This document shows, in pieces, positions 35,690 through 48,820 of a stretch of DNA of 64,000 nucleotides. Origin of the DNA: Paraphysomonas bandaiensis (lineage: Eukaryota > Protista > Chrysophyceae); the NCBI GenBank assembly GCA_965644295.1, contig CBFFRP010000314.1, positions 1 through 64,000 of the forward strand, given 5' to 3'. Below the pieces are notes generated by a model. The model saw nothing but the letters and a program-made list of their open reading frames with translations, did no database searches and was not told where the DNA came from. Made by a program: the position numbers and the translations under genes. Position 1 is the first letter of the stretch, and each line of letters opens with the position of its first letter.

Positions 35690-36287
35690 ATGGACCTTTC
35701 ACACTACCTAGACAAAATTAGGACGGAAATTGAGAAGTCACCCGTCCTAAATAAGTATGCTGAGATGCTTCACGAGAAGACCAGCATCTCCCCAGAGGTG
35801 TTCGTAGTTGGGCTTGGGGTCCTTCTTGCTTTCATGCTGTTTTTCGGTATATTTCCTGGATTTATTTGGTAAGTTAATCTTATAACAGAATATTCATGAA
35901 GTGATGCTGATATCAGTAATGTCGTTGGAGTGGTCTATCCTTTTTACCAGTCCATTAAAATAATTGAAATGAAGCAGAAGGAAGGAGACAAACAATGGTA
36001 AGAGATATGTCGTATCTACCTTTTGAGATAAAATTGTACAATACAGGCTGGTATACTGGGTTGTCTACGGGGTGATAGAATGCTTCGAAACATTTATTAC
36101 TATTATAACCTACTGGATCCCATTCTATTACCCGCTTAAATTAGTTTTTTTGGTGTGGTGCATGCATCCCACTTACAAGGGTGCTACTCTTATTTATTCT
36201 TCGTTTCTGCGGGATTTGCTTCATAAACACATTGATACAGTGGAGTCCATTATTGGTGGCCCCACCGATTCAAAGAAATCGGATTAG
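35690..36287 (+). CDS. REEP5/Yop1/HVA22-family ER-shaping protein, 3 exons
   Basis: NVVGVVYPFYQSIKIIE...DKQWLVYWVVYG...YWIPFYYPLKLVFLVWCMHP..KGATLIY. Confidence 0.92.
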
Positions 36288-36984
36288 CTCCTAAAATCAC
36301 ATCAAGCGTAGGAAGCTCTAATCTACCCAAAAGTTAATAAGAAGTAACTACTAGTATTAAAATATTTACACTAGTGTACTCTTTCCTCGGTTGAATAATT
36401 GAATAGGAGGTGTTATACCCCACTAGCCACTAGCTAAGTTCGTCACTAGAGTCAGCTTCCACCACATTGATAGCGCACAACTGTTGCAATAGAGTGAAGT
36501 CATAGTGTATATTTTTGCATGTTAGTTGAGATTAAATCATTCAGTAGCACACTCTACCTAATATAATTATGAACTTTCTCTTTCCATGAATACAAATTGG
36601 AAGAAGATTTGGGAATCAGCACACCCGGTCGCGACTAATTGATTGTAGAAAACGTAAAGGTGTGAAACATGCTGCAAGCTTACTCATCTATTATTATTCC
36701 AATACTTGCTTTACTTAACTCTATGGTTCTATGGTATTGCCTTTACAATCTCTGGTCTAGAATCTAGACTCTAGACTATAGCCAACGTTGTACAAAGTAT
36801 TACGTAAGAAAATTTAGATTTTATTACTTGCATTGGCGCAAAGGAAATATGTATCCACAGTTTCGCTATTCTCTGCGGCAATTTCGTTTCTACTCCAAGG
36901 GATGTCAATTATGCAATGAAATTGATATCTGTCGGTGTACACGAATTCGCAAACCACATGTGGTTTGCCATAAGATAATCGAAA

Positions 36985-38073
36985 TCAGCTAGAAGCTACC
37001 TCTGCAGTTGCTGACGCCACGCGGTCATCAAATACAGTCTCAGCTGAAACACTGGGGGCAAAGAGACGAACGCCAGATGACTTGAGACTGTCCACGATGC
37101 CAATAGTAACATTTCCCATATTAAGAGTATAGAAGTGGAGTCCGTCAACACCATTAGCGATTAGCTCACGGCACATGTCTGCCCCATATCGAATACCAAT
37201 TGCCTTAGCAGCATCATCATCGGCCGCCGCATCAATTTCTTCCTTCAGGGCCTTTGGCACGCGGGTCTTGCAAAACTTTGTCATGCGGTGGAAACCTCCC
37301 TTGGAAGAGATGCACATAATACCAGGGATAATGGGGATATTAATGCCACGAGCACGGCAGTCCTTCACGAAAGTCAAAAACACAGCATTGTCAAAAAATA
37401 GCTGGGTGATAATGCAATCCGCCCCGGCTTCAACTTTCTGCTGTAGGTAGTCCATCTCAGCTTCGTATGCTGCATCCCGGCACACGAAACGTTCGACTGT
37501 GCCGTCATCATTTACAAACTCTGCAACACGACCAAGCTCGGTGGCACTCAATGAAGACATATCCTCCACGATGCTCATACTGTTAGGGTGGCCCTCAGGA
37601 TATCCGGCCACACTAAGGCAAAAAGTACTACCATGTTCGGCGCGAATGAAGCGAACCAAATCAAGGGCACAGGTGAATCCGCCTTCTACTGCCTCCCAGG
37701 CTTCCTGTCCAGCAGGAGGATCACCGCGCAGTGCAACAATATTCGTGATGCCCTCCTGTTTACAACCTGCCAAGGCATCGATCACCTTCTGTTTCTCCAT
37801 ATTGGTGCACGTCAGGTGCATATTGGGGTTTAGGCCGAATCTCTTCTTCACCTCAGTGCACAGTTCCAAAGTCAGGTCGGAAGTTGATCCACCAGCACCC
37901 CAAGTAAAATCCGTGAACAATGGATTCAGCTTCGATAATTTATTTTCAATGACATTGTAGAGAGTAGTGACTCCCTTCTCTGTTCTGGGAGGGAAAAACT
38001 CAACGGATATCCACACCTCACCCTCAGGCTTAGAGGCAATCAGATCAGATATCTTGGCGCTAACGTTAGTCAT
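36985..38073 (-). CDS. MTHFR: Methylenetetrahydrofolate reductase, catalytic domain only
   Basis: SVEFFPP, TWGAGGS, HLTCTN, ALRGDPP, AGYPEGH, ITQLFFD, LHFYTLN. Confidence 0.93.
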   Translation of the reverse strand: MTNVSAKISDLIASKPEGEVWISVEFFPPRTEKGVTTLYNVIENKLSKLNPLFTDFTWGAGGSTSDLTLELCTEVKKRFGLNPNMHLTCTNMEKQKVIDALAGCKQEGITNIVALRGDPPAGQEAWEAVEGGFTCALDLVRFIRAEHGSTFCLSVAGYPEGHPNSMSIVEDMSSLSATELGRVAEFVNDDGTVERFVCRDAAYEAEMDYLQQKVEAGADCIITQLFFDNAVFLTFVKDCRARGINIPIIPGIMCISSKGGFHRMTKFCKTRVPKALKEEIDAAADDDAAKAIGIRYGADMCRELIANGVDGLHFYTLNMGNVTIGIVDSLKSSGVRLFAPSVSAETVFDDRVASATAEVASS

Positions 38074-39132
38074 ATTCAGATGATAGAACAGTACCCAAAC
38101 CCAAGCAATTTGATGAAACGAATAGATGTTGCTACAGAATCTGCTTGTGACGTGCAGCACAACCACCACATCCTCACAATATATACGTGTATGTATACCA
38201 GAGTATAACATATTCGTAAAAAACTCCACAACACATATTATCCACACATCTAGATACTGTATGTGGATCTATTCTGTATGTATGTACAGTGTATGTATGT
38301 ACTGTATATATGTACATGGAACAGCCTACAGTGAACGTCGTACAGTACAAAGAGATCAGCTATGTATAAAAAATGCCATATTTTCTTAGCTGATATTTCT
38401 CAATAAAAAGAGGATTTTTCGGCTTTGTGCTGGCATCTGGTGCAGTATCGCTCATAGTTCTCTGAAACTGTAAGTAACTTGAATGTTGTTTGTCCGTTGG
38501 GTGCAGTTAATTTTAAGCAGGGGGGAGGGTATTTCCTTCCAGTGCTGTATGTGAGTATATCATAATGGTCATATCCTCATCAAGGAAGAGGGCGTAAGTG
38601 ACAATGTGTGTCTGGTATATGATAGGACATTATCTCAACACTACGCTGCGTGCATATATATATACACACTCGTCGATAAGATGAGAGTCATTGTTGATGT
38701 TGACAACTTCCACGTATCCTGATATTACATGTGGATAGCTAGAGCTGTCGAAATATGAGTGATGCACGTGTTTAACGCTATGAATTGTTTGCAACCTGTT
38801 AATGGACCTATCATGGACGAAGTCTATTTCACGAAGAGGTGTTCAGTGTATATGATTGTGTTGTGCTCAGTGACTTTGAAACATGCACTTTCGTCTTATA
38901 TAACAAAGTATTTATTAGCTACACTATATCCTTACCCCATTTCTGCACTACCAAGCAAATATTTTGCACTGCTTTCACAATTATGCTGTAAATTACCTAT
39001 AATAAAACATTGCTATCAAGATATGACAGTTACTTCAAATAAGAAAATGGTTAAGAGTGAGATTATATATATGTAACTATAATACTCAGACCTCAGACAA
39101 TTCTCGAAAATAAAAATGTGGGTCCGACTCAA

Positions 39133-39467
39133 CAGGGCCAGTCAACAATATATTGCAAGCAAAAATAAATAATAATACTTTCAAGACCAATAATAATTAT
39201 TAAATATGTTGCAATATATTGATATATATTGAGCGCTAAGAAGAAGAAATGAGCTCGACCGGTAACTAATTTATTAGTAACTATTAGTAGAGGTTACAAC
39301 ATCATGATGAAAACCCAATGACAATGCAGCAACTACTACTCTAAAAGTGTTCTAACTCTTCGTCACTGTCGTCTTCATTCTTATAATCGGACAATCCATC
39401 ATCGAATTTATAATCAAGAAAATATATTGCAGTTTATTGTAATACAATATATTTTTGACTGGCCCTG
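39133..39467. mobile_element. hAT-type non-autonomous element
   Basis: TIR CAGGGCCAGTCAA.AATATATTG in inverted orientation; TSD not evident. Confidence 0.75.
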
Positions 39468-40111
39468 CGAGTCTATAACTGTGATTTTATATTTGAAAAC
39501 TAAACTGCGCTTTAAAAAAATTTCCATGAACGGCAAAAAATTAAGATTCAACAATTCTATACATTAGTAGTAACATGCGTAGATCTAGCACAGAGCCCAG
39601 TATATCATAAGAGACCATAAGAGACATTGGGAGCTATCGTAGGTTTGAGTTAAAGAGTATACCATCGTCACTATAAAATTTATTCACTAGTGACAGTGCA
39701 GTATTCTCTGCACTAGTCAAAAATACACAGTATTCATGAGCAAATGTGCACTGTAATCGCACTCTGGTATCATCAGTTTTGAAGACATAAACTTAGAATA
39801 CATGTGATGATACAGCTGGTATAGACTTCAATTTCAGAACACTGAATTCACATGAAATATTAATAGCTATACGCAGGGTTGCATAACAATTAATTGGTGA
39901 GAGGTATCCAAAAATAACTGTTCAATTAATCTAGCTGTTATCGGGTTGCAAGCAATTTCTTCACAAGAATAAACTAGACACAACTGAAGTTCAAACAGAT
40001 AATTTTTGGTTTATTCTGCTGTAAAATCAATGTCAGAATCCTCATCTTCATATTATTATTCATCTTGTACAAACCCACAGCGTAGAAATACTTGATGCAC
40101 AACATCTCCTT

Positions 40112-40288
40112 TTATATTGAAAGTCTTATTATTAGCAATAGGCGTTAAAAACCTGCACCAACTTAGTTGCTAGATGAATGCTAGACAAACTACTTAGACC
40201 TCTACCTGTAACTAATCAGTACACACTTTTTTTATCCTACTATTTAACGCTACGGAAGCTGCTTGTGCGTCGCCGCAAGCACCAAGGT
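40112..40288 (-). mobile_element. LINE 3' UTR fragment (copy B)
   Basis: Colinear with copy A. Confidence 0.8.
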
Positions 40289-40574
40289 CATACATAGCCA
40301 CTCAGTTGCATCAGTGAAACACATTCTAGGCGTAAGGCGACACACAACCATCTTAACTTTCACTTCCACCACTTGATGCAGATTGAGTCTTGTCACTGCA
40401 ATTTTCATGGGACTTGCAAATTACATTCACCCTGAATCCGATTGGACTTTTTTTCTCCGGTACCTATCACCAGAACACCATGAAAAGGTCGAATCCGACT
40501 TTGTTCCCTGAAGTCAGCAGATGTCATATATCAACATTTTGCTTGCACACATTGTGCTTTGAGTGATAGAGAGC

Positions 40575-40732
40575 GAAAGTGGTTGCACCTTGGTGCTTGC
40601 GGTGACGCACAAGCAGCTTTTGTAGCGTTAAATATAGTAGGATATCAGAGGTAAGCACTAGTTAGTTCAATTGTTTTTGCGACATTTGTTCTGACTCTCA
40701 GACGCCTATTTTGCTAGTAACAGGACATTTAT
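40575..40732 (+). mobile_element. LINE 3' UTR fragment (copy C)
   Basis: Core GGTTGCACCTTGGTGCTTGCGGTGACGCACAAGCAGC plus downstream ACGCCTATT. Confidence 0.75.
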
Positions 40733-41017
40733 TACTAGAATGAAGTAGTTTCAAGAAATCTGTTTACGAAAACGAGGCTATTTGTTTATGTCGTTTATGT
40801 GTGTGTCTTCTGTTTTGCGGAGAGAAAAAAAGCATTTTTGTGGCATGCTAAATCATTCTCTGAATGGAGTAGAGACGTACCTGCAGTATATACTATATAC
40901 TATTAATTCCATCAATAGTATTGGTGAGACGCTTTCTACAGTAATTATAGAGTTGCACTATATTCTTCCCTAGCCCTTGTATATAGTATCTTCAATATAC
41001 TATCTTGTATCAATTAT

Positions 41018-41310
41018 TGTTATAGACTATATTGGTCATTTTCACACAATTAAGATCATTAATAGAAGTTTATTGTAATCAATCTAGATATGCTCTTTTA
41101 TTATATATGCAAACACGATTGAGTGTGTAGTAATGTAAAACATGTCAACAACATGATAATATTTTGTTCATCATGTCAACCACCGCTCAACTTCCGTATC
41201 ATGAATCGGCATGAGACAATACTTCAGTTCCACAGTTATAACTATATAGTATATAGTATATTTGACTACGTATTACTGTTTTTCACATTGTATTTAACGT
41301 ATTCTATATT
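41018..41310 (-). mobile_element. Diverged solo LTR related to copia family 1
   Basis: Reverse complement similar to 11985-12269. Confidence 0.8.
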
Positions 41311-41436
41311 CGTAATCTAATCAATCTATGCCTCTTCATAAGTAAATTCAAAGATCTTACATTTCCGCACCTGCTAATCTCAAAGCACTTAAAGTTCAGT
41401 ATTTACTTTACATACACTTGGTAAGAATAAAGCAGG

Positions 41437-44012
41437 CTAAAATTTTAAATCTTCAACACATGTAAGTTCACTGATGGCAGTATTCAGCGTATTGAATATA
41501 TGACTAGCTGCAAAGCTACCTACATCACCTTTTCCTCTTAAGCGAATCGCCAACTCACCATTCTCATGCTCCCTTGCACCCACAACAGCCATAATTGGTA
41601 CGCGCTCCATCTCCGCATTACGAATTTGCTTTCCCAGTCTGTTCGATCCAGAATCCACCTCTACACGTATTCCTTGCATCCTTGCGGCTTTTTTAATTTC
41701 TTGGCAATAAGGCACTACATCGTCGGTTACTGGTAGCAATTTCATATGAACAGGGGCTAGCCAAAGAGGAAAATCGCCAGCAGTATTTTCAATCAGAACC
41801 CCAAAAAACCTTTCTAATGACCCAAGGATCGCCCGATGAATCATGACAGGTCGTCGTTTGGTCGAATCAGAATCAATATATTCCAGGTCAAATCTCTCTG
41901 GAAGATTGAAGTCACACTGAACAGTGGAGCACTGCCATTGGCGACCAATAGCATCACGAATTTTAATATCAATTTTTGGGCCGTAAAAAGCACCTCCACC
42001 TTCATCAACGGTAAATTTCCATTTTTTTCGTATTAATGCTCCTCGGAGAGCATCTGTTGCCTGATTCCAACACTCATCGGTGCCAACACTTTCCTCAGGC
42101 CTTGTGCTCAACATGACATCGAAAGTTTCGAAAGAAAACTTATTGAGAATTTTTTCCGTCAAATTCAACACACCAAGTATTTCGTCCTCCAATTGTGATG
42201 GCAGACAGAAAATATGGGCATCATCTTGCGTGAATCCTCTTACTCGAAACAAGCCATGCAGTGTTCCTGACCTTTCGTAACGATACACAGTACCCATTTC
42301 TGCCCATCGAATGGGCAGATCACGATAGGATCGAAGAGTGTCCTGCAAAAACGATAGGTCACTACAGAATAGAACAAAATATTCCAAAGAACAAAAACTA
42401 AGAATAGGGCGTAACTACCTTGTATACTAAGCAGTGGAAAGGGCAATTCATAGGTTTGATTTGGAAGTGCTGATTCTCAACCTCAATTGGCTGAAACATA
42501 TCCTGTCGATAAAAGTCATGGTGCCCAGATGTTTTCCAGAGATCCAATTGGGCCATATGTGGAGTAGAAAGAAGCTCGTATCCTCCCTACATGTTAATAA
42601 AACATATATTATACTACAGGCCATTATACTACGGGCAATGTACACCATCATATCTCACATTCATATGTTCATCTTTCCAGTAGTCTTCTATGATTCGTTT
42701 AATAATCGTTCCTTTGTTGTGCCAAAAAACAAGCCCCCCTCCAGCCTCCTCTTGAATAGAAAAAAGACCTACAGTTGCAAAACGCAAGTCGGTGCAACAA
42801 TAAAATATCAGGGTCACATTTGATACGCTATGAATAATCAAAAGCCGTACATAAATAGGCATAACGACACTTACCCAACTTTTTCCCTATTGTGCGATGA
42901 TCTCGTCTTTTCGCCTCTTCCAGAAATGCCATATAGGTACTGAGTTGCTCCTCTGTTTCCCACGCCGTGCCATATATCCTCTATTCCAGAGTACAAAAGT
43001 AAAGATAACTCCAATATTGTAGATTCGCATGAGGATATACAGATGCATATAGGACACAATCAGCGCAAAGAGAGAGCGACATATTCTTGTAAATAGTAAT
43101 GTGCAAAACAGTTGCTGTGAATAGTCATCTACAGTAGATTTACCACACCTGTAACATGGGTTTAGTTTCATCACCTCTCCAGTAAGCACCAGCTACACTC
43201 TGTAGCTCAAACGCCTTCGGATTCAGTTCTCCTACACATTTTACCATCTAACTTACAACAAACTGCCCATTTACAATATACTGCTGCATGACAACGATGC
43301 ATACTAAGCACATATATCAGCCAATATGCATTCTTCATTGCTCTACATTATATAGGTATGCGGCGGGCCTACCCATACGAACCTGTAGAGTTCACGTGCG
43401 GCCCAGCGCATAAATCCCACCAACGCTTATCAATATGATACAAGGTTATAGGCTCTGTATCAATGGAATCCAGAATTTCGAGCTTGTAAGGTTCATTCAA
43501 TGCAAGAATACGTGCTCTGTGTAATTTAAATTAAACTCATTCATATGTATATCAATATAACACTCTGCATAGCAAGGTCTAACCTTGCATCCTCTCTAGT
43601 CACTTCTTCGCGCGTAATAGGATAGTTTGATTTGATAATTTTAATCATTTCTTTCTTAATGCGTTTCAAATCAGATTCAGACAGCTGTTTGTCAGGGACA
43701 AAGAAATCATAATAGAACCTGAGAGAGACTGTTAGTCCGCATACACAGACAGACACACAGACAGCATGACCGAGCGTACCCATGCTCTATCCACGGGCCT
43801 ATGGTGACGTTAACATGAGGAAACAGCTTCTGTACAGCCATCGCCATAACATGCGCTGTGCTGTGTCGTATTTTCACTATATGAGGGCTGCTCTCGTTAC
43901 TGGGCAGATCCATAACAGCCTTATTGCTTATCCATGCACTCGACACAGATGCTCTGGCACTCGGGGAAAACCTTGACAGCAGAGTCCCCCGTCGAAGCAA
44001 TGCCATTGACAT
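41437..44012 (-). CDS. thrS: Organellar (bacterial-type) threonyl-tRNA synthetase, about 8 exons
   Basis: [76 protein letters not shown]; N-terminal transit peptide. Confidence 0.95.
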
Positions 44013-44371
44013 TATGAAAGGAGCGTTGAGCAGGTCGTGTTCTTAAGCGCGTGTCGTTGACAGGCAGCATCAGTCAGTCACATGTACACTACAGCCCACT
44101 CAGACTACAAGTGCACGAGCACTGTGTACATATACAGACATACTGCTGTATGTGCTGTTGTACTGTATACCATCTGTACAGCAGGAGTACAGCAGTATGT
44201 CTGAGGTGTGTGCTGGTCGTGAGTGAGAAAATATAGCTGTTGGATTTGGTCTGATTGCACGTAGAGGGACTGCTCGCTGACCTCCACATACAGCCACAGC
44301 GTTCATGCCCTTCACTATCAAAGTGACTTCAAGGATACAAAGGCACTCATCTGTATCGAGGAGCAGCAGAC

Positions 44372-46364
44372 ATGGAAGAGAACACTGCACAGCGGCTAGT
44401 AGAGTATGAGTTGGCTCGTAACTCATCGAGGTGAGAACCTAACAATAGAAACAGTTATTCAATTATAATAAAACGGCTCTATTCAGTGAGAAGAGACATA
44501 ATACTGATGATGCGAAACAAATTGAGAAACTTCTTCGAGAAAATTCTGGTCTGAAACAAGCGTTAAAAGAAGCTGAAAACGGATGGCAAGATGCGATTAC
44601 ATTTGCGAGAGATATGCAACATTATCTTAAAGAAAAAGACCGCCAACTTCATGAAGCATCTACAAAGTTGGCTAATATGGATAGAGATAATCCACTCTCC
44701 CATAATGTTGGAACTAATACTAGCCCACATAGCGTATCCGCAAGTACTAGTAGTATCAATGAAGAGGCTGTTGAAGAGGCTACCCGTTTGTACATGTTGG
44801 AGTCTGAAGTAAAGCTATACAGGCGCGATATGCAAGTAAAGCAGTCTGAGTATACAGCAGCAATGGAACGGATTTCTACTCTAGGTTCAGAATTAACGTT
44901 AGCTACCTCAAAGATTTCACTTGGTTTATACGGATTACTCCAACACAGCAAGTTGTCTCAACATGAGTCATTGGTAGAAGACTTTCGACGCATTCAAAAT
45001 AGTAGCAATGTATTTTTGTCCAATGAAGGTACGTTGTGATGTCCTACGTGTAAGGTATAATGCTATATGTAGAAAAATCGAATGGTTCGTTCCAAAACAT
45101 ACATCAACATTTGGAGCAAGTATCCACACGACTCAATTCATTGGCAGCATGGACCGAGGACCTCTCTGTGAATTTTCAGAAGTTACAGTCTTTAAACAAC
45201 TCAAGTCAAGATAAAAATGGATCTTTATCCAGCTATGTAAATGTAACTCAGAGTGTGGCCAGTGGAAGCAGCTCAAGTTCGAGCAAAGGGGTGGAACCGA
45301 TCGAATATCAATCTACAAAACGTTCTGGTGCGTCTGGAAAAAGTAATTCTGATCGTGAAGTAATAAAACTCAAAGTAAACTTACCGCACCATAACGAGCA
45401 CCAGAAGGATTACGGGGACGATGATTCAGTCTTATCGGTGCATTCACTATGTAGTGCGAAAGCAGAATCGGATCAAGACTCTTCGAATACATGGGACTAT
45501 ACTTCCGAAGAGAAGTATGTAAGAAAGAAGAAGGCTGATAAGAAACCTATATCCCCACAAAATTGTACTAAACGATCATCGTCTAGAGGAAGAGACGATT
45601 CGTGGAGCAATGATGACGGGAGTGTCGTTGACATGATTGGTTCTGGTGGAAACGGTGTTGACAATGGCGACAGGAGGGGTGTCAGATTTAGAAGCGGTCG
45701 TAGTACAAAGCACAAACACGAGGGTGAAAAGCCCACAAACAAAACTAAAGTGAGAAACGTGTCAAGGCAGATACCCATAAAACAATCATCGTCTAGAGGA
45801 AGAAGCGATTCTTGGAGCAATGATGACGGGAGCGTCGATGACATGATTGGTTCTGGTGGAAACGGTGTTGACAATGGCGACAGGAGGGGTGTCGGATTTA
45901 GAAGCGGTCGTAGTACAAAGCACAAACACGAGGGTGGAAAGCCCACAAACAAAACTAAAGTGAGAAACGTGTCAAGGCAGATACCCATAAAACAATCATC
46001 GTCTAGAGGAAGAAGCGATTCTTGGAGTAAAGGTGAAATAATTAGTTCTAGGAAACCAGTTGCAGTATCAAATGATGTCGTCATAACTCAGAAGCGGAAG
46101 CTTCCTGGTGCGAAAATGAAGAAAGGTAGATATAATGAACGCCAGATAAATCTAAACGATAGGCCTCATCTAAGGTCGTCATCACCAAATTGTCATCGAC
46201 AAAGTCACCAATCTTTAACGAAGAGGCCGCACTCAGCTTCGAATACCAAGCCGTCTAGAGATAATTACCTTGTCACAAATAAATCTCCTATACCTCTTCG
46301 TCGAAGTGCGTCTACTTTTACGAAACGAAGTTCGTCATACTATGGATCTCCAGCAGGTATTTAG
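44372..46364 (+). CDS. Coiled-coil protein with Ser/Lys/Arg-rich C-terminus, 3 exons
   Basis: Spliced ORF (introns ~44431-44487 and 45029-45072); no known domain recognised. Confidence 0.7.
45575..46030 (+). repeat. In-frame 210-bp (70-aa) tandem duplication, ~2.2 copies
   Basis: ATCATCGTCTAGAGGAAGA recurs at 45575, 45785 and 45995. Confidence 0.93.
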
Positions 46365-46565
46365 ATTTGATAGTCAACATATATGTTGTATTGATATTAG
46401 TAAATTATATATTATAGAGAGAAGAATGGTTATGGGGTCTCAAGTTGACTACGGCAAGAACGGAGTCGAGCACAGATTGCTCATACTTGCGGATTAATTT
46501 TGTGTTAGTTTCTTAGATGCTTCATGTATGATTTACAGTGTACAGTGTAATTACGTTATTTGGTG

Positions 46566-46682
46566 CAGGGCCTGGTAACCACTAATGGCCATTATAATTG
46601 CCGGGACATTTTTCATTAATGCCATTATAATTGCCGGGAACTGGACTACCATTAATGGGCCATTAATGGTTGTCAGGCCCTG
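46566..46682. mobile_element. 117-bp hAT MITE
   Basis: TIR CAGGGCCTG..AACCA.TAATGG; perfect 8-bp TSD ATTTGGTG. Confidence 0.92.
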
Positions 46683-47033
46683 ATTTGGTGTGTGCGAATG
46701 GTTTTTATTGGGTGTTTACAACAAATCTGACAATAATGTAGCTATTTGTGAGTGTATGTAGTAATTATTTTAATCGACTGTTCCACAGAATTAATGATCC
46801 ATATAATTTAATGTTACTGAAGTGTAACGTACCTTACGCAAGCGTTAGTACTCGGAACTTCCAACATGCATAAAGAACACAAAATGAATTTTCTCCATAT
46901 ATACTTTCAAGAAGAGTGTGATAACATATAAAACAATGAAAAAGTATATTAATTAGAATTACTTAATACCACGTACTCGAAATCCTAATTACGTCTGCAT
47001 GAGGCAACTGTATTGACGATGTCAACACTTCTA

Positions 47034-48365
47034 TCACAGAACAGATTTTAACGGGAAAGGTGTTTTAGAGGCATCAAAAATATCAGATCGTTTAATTCGA
47101 GTATCAATATCGTCGTCATTCATTACGTGGGATGCAACAATTACGCCTAACTTGTCTTCACCTGCTCGGAATACAACCATCGTGCTGAGTGGCATTGTTG
47201 CACCACACCTCATGACAGGCATATGGAGAATATGACTGGAGCCGGGAAGATGTAAATCTTCTTTCATGAATCCAGCCCAAGACGTCACCAGCCCGGAGTT
47301 CGGTGGATATAAAGCTTGAAATATACCAGGGGTCGAGGTTGAATATGACCGGAAGGTACAGAGTGAGTGTCGAATGTATTCAGGTTTACAACAATCATCT
47401 CGAGGATACATAAAGACGAACTCATAGTTACCAGCATCGTTGTCATCAATGAACGCTAGGCGATTACGATAATTAACTGCCATCATTCCGAAGGAACAGT
47501 CAAAATTTTTAAAAAACCAAGATGTGATGATGTCATTGGTAGACAAAAATCGCACTTGCGTAGTATTGTTGCACTTTAGTTGTACTTGAAATTTATCCTT
47601 CTCCTGTTTAATGACTTCTTTGTTAATATAATAAGCGCGACAGCAAATTTTCGCCTTCGACTTACGATACAATGTAATTTTCTCGCCAAGGTATCGGAAT
47701 GGACCCATTACAAACATCGCAAACTTCCAACCATGTAATTTTAGAACTGACGGTAAAAAATTTAACTTTCGAATGGGATTAAGCTTTACAACTGGGACTG
47801 ATTCACTCAACATAGAAAATATCTTGTAGTAAGTATATCCATCGGCAAGAATATGACTAAAAGAGAAGAAAACCGCGTACTTCTCACCGCTTGTGTGCGG
47901 AAAGAGAACAATTCGAATCAGTTTTTCGTCTTTATCGATACACTCCGTGCCAGATTTGACGTGAAGATGTTCTAGTTTACAGGACAGCTCATCCAGTGAT
48001 GTGGTGCTATCAAAATCAGTGTCTGGACACAATGTGATATACTCTGAAACATCAGCGGAGGATATCTGTGCGGTGGGAGATATGGCTACAGGGCCGTAGA
48101 GAGGATCTGTGACTAAACGAGAGAGCAGCCATGGGTTGGCTCGACAGATATCTAACAGCCTCCTCTGAATGTAGTCCACTGGACAGGAGCCCTTAAAGAA
48201 TGTGATGGTGTTTATGGTGGGCATCTGTAGCTTTCGTTCAGTGGGTATGAGTCTTATGATGTTATGACCCTCATATGTACCTCTACTGCGACCATACACA
48301 CACGTGTACACATACAGCAGCAATACTACCACTGCGATACACACTACCACTGCGATAGGAATCAT
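47034..48365 (-). CDS. HXXXD CoA-dependent acyltransferase-like protein with N-terminal membrane anchor
   Basis: FSHILADG motif, FLSTNDIITSW; hydrophobic N-terminus. Confidence 0.75.
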   Translation of the reverse strand: MIPIAVVVCIAVVVLLLYVYTCVYGRSRGTYEGHNIIRLIPTERKLQMPTINTITFFKGSCPVDYIQRRLLDICRANPWLLSRLVTDPLYGPVAISPTAQISSADVSEYITLCPDTDFDSTTSLDELSCKLEHLHVKSGTECIDKDEKLIRIVLFPHTSGEKYAVFFSFSHILADGYTYYKIFSMLSESVPVVKLNPIRKLNFLPSVLKLHGWKFAMFVMGPFRYLGEKITLYRKSKAKICCRAYYINKEVIKQEKDKFQVQLKCNNTTQVRFLSTNDIITSWFFKNFDCSFGMMAVNYRNRLAFIDDNDAGNYEFVFMYPRDDCCKPEYIRHSLCTFRSYSTSTPGIFQALYPPNSGLVTSWAGFMKEDLHLPGSSHILHMPVMRCGATMPLSTMVVFRAGEDKLGVIVASHVMNDDDIDTRIKRSDIFDASKTPFPLKSVL

Positions 48366-48820
48366 GCTCACAGACTCTTAATAAATGGAAGGGTCCAAGC
48401 CAATCCTGTCTGCATATATGCAGAGAGGATACACATCAGCACACCCTCCGCGGGTATACATACATGTATGCACGTTCACTGCTGTACATACATACATGGA
48501 TGGGATGGGATGGGATGCTCCGCTGTACACCACATTGTACAGAAGGTATACGGTGTACGATATATACAGAGTCGGCTGATTATAACGAATGAAACTAGTA
48601 TTCTATGGTTTGATTGGTCCAATGATAAGTACTTGCTGGCCATTTATATGCTCCATACTGATAGCGTATCGTGCACTCAGAGGAGCTGCGAGTAACTGTA
48701 GAGTGCAAGAGAGGACGAGATAGTTACCAGACCACTTTAACAACCGCACCTTCACAAGAGTCAGATATCAACCGGATCTTTTCATATTGCTAAGCACTTT
48801 TTAAACCCAGAGCGAAGAAA

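Noticed and set aside
1893-38073. ODC and MTHFR as a SAM/polyamine gene cluster
   Set aside because: 34 kb apart with unrelated housekeeping genes between them.
40225-40260. Pistol ribozyme (GCGUUAAAUAG resembles the pistol linker)
   Set aside because: No convincing P1 stem or downstream pseudoknot partner; no hammerhead or HDV core is evident either.
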